This document shows positions 9,378 to 17,746 of a stretch of DNA of 34,915 nucleotides, piece by piece; the first letter of the stretch is position 1, and each line of letters begins with the position of its first letter. The position numbers were made by a program, and so were the translations under genes. The notes beneath the pieces are model-generated. The model was not told the origin of the DNA. It saw nothing but the letters and a program-made list of their open reading frames with translations, and ran no database searches. Source of the stretch: Occultella glacieicola (GTDB taxonomy: Bacteria; Actinomycetota; Actinomycetes; Actinomycetales; Beutenbergiaceae); contig NZ_SMNA01000012.1 of the NCBI RefSeq assembly GCF_004353825.1, forward strand, positions 124,001 to 158,915, read 5' to 3'.

Positions 9378-10691
9378 TCAGCTGGCCCCGTCGAGCAGGT
9401 TCGCGCGGAAGGTCTCGTGCCGATAGCTGCCACGGACGGCACCACGCCGTTGCAGTGCCGGCACCAGGCCGTCGACGACCTCGCTCAGGTAACGCCGCGT
9501 CGGCATCCGCGTGGAGAGCAGGAAGCCGTCGGCGCCGATCTCGGCCGCCGCGTCCTGCATGCGGGCGGCCACCGTGTCCGGGCGCCCGACGAAACCGTTC
9601 TCCTCGTGCGCGTAGGAGTCGCGAACGAGCTGCCGAAGGGTCTTGCCGGAACTGACCATCCCGTCGAGCTGGCTCTGGTGGCCGTTTGTCTTCAGATCCT
9701 CGGGCAGTCGCTGGTCGGGGTCGAACTGCGACAGGTCCGTGGTCGTGGTTGAGGACCAGTTGGACAGCACGTACTCGAGATCGTTCGCATTCGCATCGCG
9801 GATGCGCTTGGCCTTCTCCTTGGCCTCATTGTCCGTCTCGCCGAGGACGGGATCGATCAGGAAGAACACCTTCACGCTATCCGGGTCGCGTCCGAGCCGT
9901 TCGGCCTGGGATCGGACGTTGTCACGGAGGGCCCTCATCTTGGTGTGGTCGGAACCGCCGGCGAGCACGACCTCGGCGTGCTGGGCGGCGAAGAGCTGTC
10001 CCCGTGGCGAGTTGCCGGCCTGCGCCAGCACGGGCTCGTACTGCGGGCTCGGCAAGGTGTTGAGCGGTCCGCGGCTCTTGAAGTAGGTGCCCTGGTGATT
10101 GACCGTGTGCACCTTCGCGGCATCGACGTAGACGCCGGTGTCCTGATCCAGCAGCACGGCGTCGGGCTCCCAGGACTGCCACAACGAGCGCACGACGGCG
10201 ACGAACTCATCGGCTAGTTCGTAGCGTTGGTCATGGGCCGGCTGCGCCTCGAAGCCGAAGTTCTGGGCCGCGCGATCGTTGCTGCCGGTCACGATGTTCC
10301 AGCCGATCCGGCCCGCCGACAGGTGGTCGAGCGTGCTCATCGCACGCGCCAGCCGGAACGGACTGATCTCCGTGGTCGCGACGGTGGGGATGATGCCGAG
10401 CCTGGAGGTGTGCTGGCTCAGCACCGCCGCGAGCGCGAGCGGGTCGTGCTTCGGTGCCCGGTGGCCGTGCTTGAGCGGACTGGCGTAGGAGTTGCCGTAG
10501 TCGTCGGGGATGTAGTTCGAGTCCTCGATGAGCATGAAGTCGAAGCATCCGCGCTCGAGGTCGCGAGCGAGGTCGACGAAGAAGTCGCCCTTGGCCCAGT
10601 CGCGCGTCGAGTGGCCGGACCACTCGCGATTCCACGCCGGTGCGCGGAAGCCGGCCTGGAACCAGCCGAGGTGGAAGGAGTAGGAACTCAC
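9378..10691 (-). CDS. NtaA/DmoA/DszA-family FMNH2-dependent (luciferase-like) monooxygenase
   Basis: GTG at 10691 after GAGAGG; 'ARDLERGCFD', 'LDHLSAGRIGWNIVT', 'HQGTYFKSRGPL', 'AQAGNSPRG..FAAQHAE', 'VPALQRRG'. Confidence 0.92.
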   Translation of the reverse strand: MSSYSFHLGWFQAGFRAPAWNREWSGHSTRDWAKGDFFVDLARDLERGCFDFMLIEDSNYIPDDYGNSYASPLKHGHRAPKHDPLALAAVLSQHTSRLGIIPTVATTEISPFRLARAMSTLDHLSAGRIGWNIVTGSNDRAAQNFGFEAQPAHDQRYELADEFVAVVRSLWQSWEPDAVLLDQDTGVYVDAAKVHTVNHQGTYFKSRGPLNTLPSPQYEPVLAQAGNSPRGQLFAAQHAEVVLAGGSDHTKMRALRDNVRSQAERLGRDPDSVKVFFLIDPVLGETDNEAKEKAKRIRDANANDLEYVLSNWSSTTTTDLSQFDPDQRLPEDLKTNGHQSQLDGMVSSGKTLRQLVRDSYAHEENGFVGRPDTVAARMQDAAAEIGADGFLLSTRMPTRRYLSEVVDGLVPALQRRGAVRGSYRHETFRANLLDGAS

Positions 10692-10729
10692 GGTAGACCT
10701 CTCGTGTCGCAACACTGAATCGAATCTGT

Positions 10730-10769
10730 TGTCCACTGTCAGTGGACGATCGTCCACTGACAGTGGACA
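10730..10769. promoter_or_regulatory. Perfect 40-bp palindrome made of two 17-bp dyads (GTCCACTG-N-CAGTGGAC); candidate tandem operator
   Basis: TGTCCACTGTCAGTGGACGATCGTCCACTGACAGTGGACA equals its own reverse complement; intergenic, about 40 nt upstream of the monooxygenase start. The operator role is inferred. Confidence 0.75.
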
Positions 10770-10834
10770 GTAGTGACCCGCCGTTTCGCCGTTGTGACCG
10801 CGGATTACCGCACTGTTACGACTTCGCCAGGTGG

Positions 10835-11359
10835 TCAGCTCGCCCGGTCTGCGGCGTCCCCGAGGTGCCGGTACCGGCCACGGAAGAACACGAGCGGCTC
10901 CTGCGCGGGGCCCTCGTGCTCGACGAGCTCAACCACTCGTCCGAGCACGATGAGGTGATCGCCGGCGTCGTGCTCGGCCCAGAGCTCGCAGTCGATCCAC
11001 AGCAGCGCTCCGCCCAGCAGCGGATCCCCCGCCGCGGACGGCCTCCATTCGACGCCGGCCCACTTGTCCGTCGCGCTGCGTGCGAACTGCGCGGAGAGGT
11101 CCATCTGGTCGCGCGCGAGGACGTTGACGGCGAACCGTCCGGTCGGCGCGATACGCGGATAGGTGGTCGAGGTCTTCATCACGCTGAACGAGACCAGTGG
11201 CGGGTCGAGCGAGACGCTGGAGAAGGACTGGCAGGTGAACCCCAGCGGTTCCCGGCTGTCGTGCCCGGTCACCACGGTGATGCCGGAAGCGTAGTGGCCG
11301 AGCGCATCGCGGAACCGGCGCGTGCCGAAGGTATCGGTAGTCATATCGATGGGTCGCAT
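10835..11359 (-). CDS. Flavin reductase (DIM6/NTAB, HpaC-like)
   Basis: 'FRDALGHYASGITVVT', 'SFSSVSLDPPLV', 'FAVNVL', 'AGDHLIVLG', 'PLVFFRGRY'. Confidence 0.93.
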   Translation of the reverse strand: MRPIDMTTDTFGTRRFRDALGHYASGITVVTGHDSREPLGFTCQSFSSVSLDPPLVSFSVMKTSTTYPRIAPTGRFAVNVLARDQMDLSAQFARSATDKWAGVEWRPSAAGDPLLGGALLWIDCELWAEHDAGDHLIVLGRVVELVEHEGPAQEPLVFFRGRYRHLGDAADRAS

Positions 11360-11392
11360 CAGGAATCCTCGGGTCTCGGTCTCGGTCGCGGA

Positions 11393-11926
11393 TCAGCGGG
11401 CAGCCGGTGATGACGTGTGCTCGGCGAGCCGAGCCAGGCGCGCGAGATTCGCGGCGTAGGTTGCCGCAGCGTCAGCGACGACCTCCGCCAGTTGATCCAT
11501 CTGGCTGAGGGCCACATAGAAGCCGCGTCCAGGAACGATCGCGCCGAGCTCTGCCAGCAGCGGCGCCAGGTTGACGGTCGGCCCCATGGCATGACCGAAG
11601 TCGGCGCCGGTGTGGACCGGGATGGCGGTCACCCCCGCGAGCCCGTTGGCCGGGTAGCGGTCCAGGAACGCCTTGAGCAGCCCGGTGTAGGTGGCCTTGT
11701 AGGTGGGTGAGGCGAAGATCGCCAGATCCGAGACTGCGACCGTCGCATTGAGGTGCGCCATCCGCTCGGACGGCCAGGCGAATACCTCATTGATGTGGTC
11801 GGCGAGATCGATGACCTCGATCTGCCGGTCCGAGGGGACGAGTTGCTCTGCGAGCAGCTCAGCCACGCGTCGAGTGCGTGAGCGCGGCTTGGGGTTGCCG
11901 ACGACGACTGTGATTTTCAGGGACAT
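11393..11926 (-). CDS. NAD(P)H-dependent FMN reductase (SsuE/MsuE-like flavodoxin fold)
   Basis: 'VVGNPKPRSRT', 'ASPTYKATYTGLLKAFLD'. Confidence 0.9.
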   Translation of the reverse strand: MSLKITVVVGNPKPRSRTRRVAELLAEQLVPSDRQIEVIDLADHINEVFAWPSERMAHLNATVAVSDLAIFASPTYKATYTGLLKAFLDRYPANGLAGVTAIPVHTGADFGHAMGPTVNLAPLLAELGAIVPGRGFYVALSQMDQLAEVVADAAATYAANLARLARLAEHTSSPAAR

Positions 11927-12548
11927 CTACTTCTCCGTCTGCCGAGTGCCAGTATTCGGAGAGGCAGGTTGCGTGCGCCGCGGACGGGGAGCAACCGGCT
12001 CTCCATGCACCCGGGGATCTTGTGGCCCCTGGGTGCCCGCAACGGCTCACGCTGCGAGAGCAGCATGACAGGGTCGTGTTTCGCTTGGGTTAAGGGGCGT
12101 GCGACGCGCCCGCTGCTCCGTTACCGATGCTCGCCAGGGCCAGATCCGACAACCGGCGCGGGCGCCGCCGTGGTCGCTGGTGGCATCCGCTGCGGCAGCG
12201 CCCTGATCATCACGAGTGGTTGAGCAGGACGCCCGAGCGACGGCGATGGCCACCCCGAGCGTGGTGGTGGCGAGCTGACGGCAACGGAGACTTGGCCTGC
12301 CGTGACCTACCGGAACTGGGTCTTCTCACAACAACGCGACCGGTCACCCGGGCGGTCGCGCCGTCCCGAACATGGGAAAAGGCGCCCGCAGCCATGACTA
12401 CATCCACGTTCACCTGGCTGCCGTTCGGCGCCGAGCAGTCCCGCGCCCGCGAACTGGTCCAAGCTCGTCCGGTTCCTCCCGAGGCCGTGGCCTGGCGGCC
12501 GGTTTCAAACGTCAGTTCTCGGAGGGATGCTTGCCACGCCGGCAGACT

Positions 12549-12570
12549 CAGAGGCGAGTTTCGGCCTCTG
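12549..12570 (-). terminator. Possible terminator hairpin after the lyase gene
   Basis: CAGAGGC-N8-GCCTCTG about 10 nt past the stop at 12580; no U-tract. Confidence 0.35.
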
Positions 12571-12579
12571 GGGCCAGCC

Positions 12580-15500
12580 TCAGTCGCAGTCTCTGATCGG
12601 ACCGGTGGCCGTCGTGACGATCAGCGCCGAAGCAGTACCGGTACCACAGGTCAGCGGACCACCGATGCTGGAGCCGATCAGCACGACTGTGTCATCGGAG
12701 CTGAGCGAGACGGGGCCCTCGACGGTCACGTCGTCCCACCAGACTGCACCTGCGCGGGAGATGTCCACCGGACCCGTGACCGTGCTGTCCTGAACATTGA
12801 TCTGCCCCGCGTCGGCTGCGACGAGAGGACCGGAGATCGTCGAGTCGGAGATCGAGAGCGCGGTGCCGGCCGCGACGGTGACCGGACCGGTGACGTCTGC
12901 GCCGACCAGGCAGGCCGAGTCCCCGGAGAGCCGTAGCGGCCCGGAGACCTCGCCTGCTATCGGCGCGGTGCAGTCCTGCGGGAGCGCCCAGGTCAGCCTC
13001 AGCGTGGGTCCTGCCGCACCGGCCTCGTGAGCCATGACGGTGGCTCCGAAGGCCTGCGTGTCGTTCACGTTCTGTCTGAGTGTGAAGGCGGCAGCCCCAC
13101 CGTCCAGGGCGGCGGCCACGGCTTCCGTGACCGGGACGCTGACCTGCGCGCTGGTCTCACCGGCCGTGAAGCTGCCGATGAGATTGCCGACCGGGGGCCG
13201 AGTGTTCCAGGCGACCTCATGCTCGTTCCAGCCGGCCTCGGCGCTGAACACGTCGACGACCATCGTGCGATCCTCGGCGACGTAGGTGGTCAGGACCAGT
13301 TCGGCGCTCACGAGCTCCAGTTCTGATTCCGGCAGGCCGAAGGCGATGAGGGCTTCCCGTGTGAATCCGGTGTCCTCGCCGGGGACGCCCTTGATCGTCA
13401 GCGTGTCTCGCGCGCCATAGGTCGAGTTCGCGTACGCGCCGTCCCGGATGAAGGCATCCTGCGTGGCCAGCAGCGTCGTGTGCTCAGGGTCCTCGACGGT
13501 GATCGGGACCGATACGTGCAGGAGCAGGCCGCTCGCGGCCCGCCACCACGCGACGATCGTGGCGATACCCGTCGAGCGGGCGACCAGCATGCCGTCCACG
13601 ACCTGCACCACGGCCGGGTCGGTGGAGGTGAGTTCGACCGGGCCGTCGGGGTCCGTGGTCGTGCCGTCACTGAGCACGACCGCTGCCGTCACGACCTGCG
13701 CCGACTCCACCGGCATCGACGTGGCGATGTCGAGCGTCAACTCTGTCGGCACGGGCGCTGTCGTCACGTTCGGCCACACGCCGTCCGCGGTAACGATCCG
13801 CAGTTCGGTCAGGCTCATCCAGGTGTTCGCGGAGTTGCCATGGGTGACGATGCGCACGTAGCGGGCGGTGACGGCGTCGAAGGAGATGTCCTCCATCTCC
13901 AGCGTTGCGCCGCTGCTCGCTCCCTGCCACACCGTGGTCCACGTCTGCGCGTCCGTCGACGTCTGAACGTCGAACGTGTAGACCCGGGCATCGCCCTGGC
14001 TCCAGCCGACCTGCACGCCCGAGACCTCCGTGAGCGTGGGAAGGTTGGCGCGCAGCCACTGGCCGTCCCCGTTGGCCGACCAGAACGTCCCGAGGTCGCC
14101 GTCCATGGCGTTCACGGTGGGGTTGGTCCCCACGATGCTGCCCGTCATCGGCCCCTGGGCCAGGCCGATGAGGTACACCCGGTACCGGGTCGCACAGTCG
14201 TCGACCCCGTCGTCCACGCAGATCGTCGCGACCCCTGGGACCGACTCCGGCATCTGGATCTCGACGGCGTCGCCGGCCTCCGAGGCGACCGCCTCGATCG
14301 TGCCCAGCGTGTCGGTCTCGACGGTGAGGGTCCGCGTGTCCGCGTTGAAGCCCGGCACGGTGACACCGTCGAACCGGAGGTCGGCCAGGGTGGCCGGGCC
14401 GCTGGCAGGTGCGGTCCAGTCCGCCAGCGCGGTGACCTCGGGCAGGTTCGGGGCGGGCACTCCGTCGACGATGGGGTCGAAGACGACCGTCAGCTCGAAG
14501 CGTGTGGAGTCGCTCACCCGGATCGTCAGCTTCGACTGGCCGTTGACTCCTTGACCCTCCGGGTTGGGGGAGGTCGGCAATGGCTCCGCCGCCATCACCG
14601 AGAACATCGCATCCTCGGGCCCGTCGGCAATCCTGGCGAGCAGGCTCCGGCCGTCGCGCATCAGGACGGCCGACCGGCCGTCCGCCGCGATCTCGACGTC
14701 AGCGGAGGTGTGCATGAACCACCACGCATCGGCCGGTTCGGACGCCACCATCTCGTCCTGCACGACGACGCGCGAGCGGCCATCGATCATGGCGACGCCA
14801 CGCTGCCAGGACTCGACCCCGCGGTCGGTGTAGGCCGCGCTCAGGTCCGCGACGGTGAACGAGGCCTCCGGTGACGAGCCCTGTGAGATCACCTCGCCGT
14901 TCGCGGTCAGCGACTGGTCCGGTCCGCTGCCGGGATTGATGACCAGGGTGTTCTGCCCCTCGGCACGCTTGCGGTAGTAGTTCCAGCGTTGGCTCCCGAA
15001 GTAGCCCGGCAGGCCGTAGGAGTCGGTACCGAGCTCGTCGGCCCACCTCCTGCCCCAGGCGTCGAGGACGAAGGTGCCCATGTCGAGGTCGCCGTGGCTG
15101 TTGCCGTTCGATCCGGGTCTGAATCCGGTGAACAGGGCGGTCGAGGTGCCCCAGGCAGATCGGGAGAGCACGACGCCGACGTCGTCGTAGCGGGCGTCGA
15201 GCTCCAGGCCCGCCTGTGCGGGGGTCTGGCGCTCGGAGAGGCCGTGCCACACCATCGCCACGGCGGTATCGGCACGGTCCAGACCCTCGTCAGCCCACCA
15301 GGCGTACTCGCCGCGGCCGTAGCGCTCGGCCATCCAGTACAGCTCCGGTGGTCCGCCGTAGCTCGAGGATGCGTCGGAGAAGTTGAAGCTCTTGCCGGCC
15401 GTCCCCATCATCTGCATGCTGAACGCCCCGGTGTCCGCGAGGCCGGGTGCGTCGGCGAGGCCGAAGTCGGTACCGGCCGCAGACTCCAGGCTGGCCGCGT

Positions 15501-16305
15501 AGTGGACGAGGAACTGGGTGGCGTACTCCCAGTACATGATCCCTTCGGGGTAGCCGCCGTCGGGGCCGTACTCGTCGATCGCCGGGCCGATGTGCTCCAG
15601 GCCGAGCTGCAGGAGCGACTCGGTCAGGTCCGGCGCTACGTCGGCCAGGGCGAGGCTGGCCATTCCGATGCCGCCCACACAGACGATCTGCCAGTTGTTC
15701 GTCCTGGTGGTCCACGCGTCGCCGGCTTCGTAGCCGTCCATGGCGGGTTGCAGGCCCATCTCGATCATCGCGGTCTCGACGACCGACCGTTGCTCGTCCG
15801 TCAAGTAGTCGTACAGCCAGTCGTAGCCGATGGCGAATCCGTTCAGCATCTCGGCTACCGAGAGAAAGCTCTCCGGGTTCCAGTCCGGGAACGCGGCCGC
15901 TGCCTCGAGCTCGGCGACGGCCCGGTCGGCGTACACGCTGTTCTCGGTCAGCCGGTACGCCAACGCCAGCGTCCACAGGCGCGTCTTCACCTGCCGCGCC
16001 GGCCTCAGCAGGGTCCGTCCGTCCGGGAAGCCGTACTCCGTTGTCGGCTCGTCGAGGATCACGTCGGCGTCGGCGACCAACCGGTCTTCGAGCGCCGCCG
16101 CACCCGGGTCGGATGCGATCCACTCGTGCACCTGGTCCAACCCGTCGGCGTCAGCGATGAGCCGCGGGTGATCGCTGCGGACGAGCGCAGTCACGCTGTC
16201 CGGGATCTCCGGCGTGAAGCCACCTTCGGCCTGCGCCGGGCCGGCGAGCGAAGCTAGGAGTGCACAGGCCATGGCGGGTGCCACCCATCCGATCTCCCGT
16301 CTCAT
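12580..16305 (-). CDS. Secreted heparinase II/III-like polysaccharide lyase with F5/8 (CBM32-like), Ig-like, DNRLRE/CBM96-like and C-terminal repeat domains
   Basis: ATG at 16305 after GAGGAG; signal peptide ending 'AQA'; 'HPRL', 'NNWQIVC', 'DGGYPEGIMYWEY', 'HGDLDMGTFVLD'; discoidin 'NAMDGD..TFWS..ARYVRI'; 'ATQDAFIRDG..ANSTYG'. Confidence 0.82.
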   Translation of the reverse strand: MRREIGWVAPAMACALLASLAGPAQAEGGFTPEIPDSVTALVRSDHPRLIADADGLDQVHEWIASDPGAAALEDRLVADADVILDEPTTEYGFPDGRTLLRPARQVKTRLWTLALAYRLTENSVYADRAVAELEAAAAFPDWNPESFLSVAEMLNGFAIGYDWLYDYLTDEQRSVVETAMIEMGLQPAMDGYEAGDAWTTRTNNWQIVCVGGIGMASLALADVAPDLTESLLQLGLEHIGPAIDEYGPDGGYPEGIMYWEYATQFLVHYAASLESAAGTDFGLADAPGLADTGAFSMQMMGTAGKSFNFSDASSSYGGPPELYWMAERYGRGEYAWWADEGLDRADTAVAMVWHGLSERQTPAQAGLELDARYDDVGVVLSRSAWGTSTALFTGFRPGSNGNSHGDLDMGTFVLDAWGRRWADELGTDSYGLPGYFGSQRWNYYRKRAEGQNTLVINPGSGPDQSLTANGEVISQGSSPEASFTVADLSAAYTDRGVESWQRGVAMIDGRSRVVVQDEMVASEPADAWWFMHTSADVEIAADGRSAVLMRDGRSLLARIADGPEDAMFSVMAAEPLPTSPNPEGQGVNGQSKLTIRVSDSTRFELTVVFDPIVDGVPAPNLPEVTALADWTAPASGPATLADLRFDGVTVPGFNADTRTLTVETDTLGTIEAVASEAGDAVEIQMPESVPGVATICVDDGVDDCATRYRVYLIGLAQGPMTGSIVGTNPTVNAMDGDLGTFWSANGDGQWLRANLPTLTEVSGVQVGWSQGDARVYTFDVQTSTDAQTWTTVWQGASSGATLEMEDISFDAVTARYVRIVTHGNSANTWMSLTELRIVTADGVWPNVTTAPVPTELTLDIATSMPVESAQVVTAAVVLSDGTTTDPDGPVELTSTDPAVVQVVDGMLVARSTGIATIVAWWRAASGLLLHVSVPITVEDPEHTTLLATQDAFIRDGAYANSTYGARDTLTIKGVPGEDTGFTREALIAFGLPESELELVSAELVLTTYVAEDRTMVVDVFSAEAGWNEHEVAWNTRPPVGNLIGSFTAGETSAQVSVPVTEAVAAALDGGAAAFTLRQNVNDTQAFGATVMAHEAGAAGPTLRLTWALPQDCTAPIAGEVSGPLRLSGDSACLVGADVTGPVTVAAGTALSISDSTISGPLVAADAGQINVQDSTVTGPVDISRAGAVWWDDVTVEGPVSLSSDDTVVLIGSSIGGPLTCGTGTASALIVTTATGPIRDCD

Positions 16306-16493
16306 CTGTGTCTCCTCATGACGTCGTCCTTCCCGTGGGACCGGCGGCACGCGCCCTGTTGGTCGGGCGGCTGGCTCCCAGCTGATCGTGGCGCCCTTGA
16401 GGACCACGGGCACGAACTGCACACCCGCCACTGAGGCGGTTGGCGGCGCTGGGAGTCAACTCTGTCCTTCCGGAACGCTGACCGAATCCTCGA

Positions 16494-16566
16494 TGACCTC
16501 TCGTTACGTCAAACCGTAGACCACCGATATATGGCAGGTCAATCAGCGTGACATTTCGTTACGTCT
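16494..16566 (-). promoter_or_regulatory. Sigma70-type promoter for the lyase gene, flanked by two LacI-type operators
   Basis: Minus strand TTGACC (16542-16537)-18 nt-TACGGT (16518-16513); CG-centred imperfect dyads TGACCTCTCGTTACGTCA (16494-16511) and TGACATTTCGTTACGTCT (16549-16566). Confidence 0.7.
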
Positions 16567-16611
16567 AGTCAAGTCGAGGCGAGGTGCGGCATGGGCAACC
16601 GCAGCCAGGGA

Positions 16612-17616
16612 TCAGTGCGACGGTGGAGCGGTGCTCCCGCGCACGATGATCTCGGGAGCGGGGTCGTGGATGACCCCGAAGCGCGGCTGCCCGCCGTCGA
16701 GCAGCAATGCGATCTGCTCGATGGCAAGGGCGCCCAACCTGTCCATCGGAAGCCTCACGGTCGTCAGGCTCGGGCGGGCGTGCGCAGCCACGTCGGCGTC
16801 GTGGAGGCCGATGACCGAGAGTCGTTCGGGCATGGCGATACCGGCGTCTCGCGCGACCCCGACCAGCCCGACCGCCGCCATGACGTTATTGACGACGAGA
16901 CCGGTCGGCAGGTGCGGGCCGGCCAGCAACTCGGCCATGCCCGCCGCACCGCCCTCCAGACCGTATCCGGACTTGAGCGGCGGCCGGGGCTGGAGGCCCG
17001 CCGCAACCATGGCCTCGCGGTAGCCGCGGTAGCGCTCGTCGGTCGAGATGCCCCACCGGCCGCCGACATAGCCGACGTCGCGATGCCCGAGTTCGATGAG
17101 GTGGCCGGCAGCGACCCTCCCCGCCTCGAAGTCGTCGATCGAGAGCCAACGGCCCTCGGGCTCGTCGCGCCCCCCGAGCAGGACCACCGGCGTGCGGCGC
17201 TGGGTGAGCATCGCCATCACCCGCTCGTCGATGAGGTGCTCCTGGCGCAGCACGATGCCGTCGATCGACCCCAGTCCGAGCAGCCTGGCCAGGAACTGGC
17301 TGCCCGACCTCATCCAGTTGGTGTCACCGAGCACCACGGCCCAGCCGCGTTCCTCGGCCGCCTCGTAGAGACCGTGGATCAGCTCGTGGTAGACCGGATT
17401 GTCGAGCTTGTCCAGGACGACGGCGATCGTGCCCGACCGCTGCAGCCGCAGCGCCCGCGCCGCGTCGTTGGGCACGTACCCAACCGCGGCGATCACCGCC
17501 TCGACCTTCGCCCGGGTCTCGTCGCTCATGCGGGTGTGCGACGTACCGTTGACGACGGCGGACACGACGGACACCGAGACGCCGGCTCGGCGTGCGATCT
17601 CCTTTTGGTTCGCCAT
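16612..17616 (-). CDS. LacI-family transcriptional regulator (probably leaderless)
   Basis: 'MANQKEIARRAGVSVSVVSAVVN', 'GYVPNDAARAL', 'PSLTTV', 'IIVRGST'; TACGAT -10 box 6 nt before the ATG. Confidence 0.94.
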   Translation of the reverse strand: MANQKEIARRAGVSVSVVSAVVNGTSHTRMSDETRAKVEAVIAAVGYVPNDAARALRLQRSGTIAVVLDKLDNPVYHELIHGLYEAAEERGWAVVLGDTNWMRSGSQFLARLLGLGSIDGIVLRQEHLIDERVMAMLTQRRTPVVLLGGRDEPEGRWLSIDDFEAGRVAAGHLIELGHRDVGYVGGRWGISTDERYRGYREAMVAAGLQPRPPLKSGYGLEGGAAGMAELLAGPHLPTGLVVNNVMAAVGLVGVARDAGIAMPERLSVIGLHDADVAAHARPSLTTVRLPMDRLGALAIEQIALLLDGGQPRFGVIHDPAPEIIVRGSTAPPSH

Positions 17617-17746
17617 CCGGCAATCGTAGGCGGCGTGGGCGGCGGTTCGGCACGGCCTCGGTGCTACCCGGAACTGGCGTCGCCGTTTGTGGCTGACCCG
17701 CAATCACGGTGGCGCCGAACGGACGCGGCCGGGTCTGGTCGCCGCC

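Noticed and set aside
11373..11390. Short GGTCTC tandem repeat
   Set aside because: Only two to three imperfect copies; compatible with chance
11927..12200. SAM-I/SAM-IV riboswitch
   Set aside because: Core consensus not recognisable by eye; only generic hairpins
12047..12548. Short ORFs between the FMN reductase and the lyase
   Set aside because: No motif, RBS or consistent codon bias
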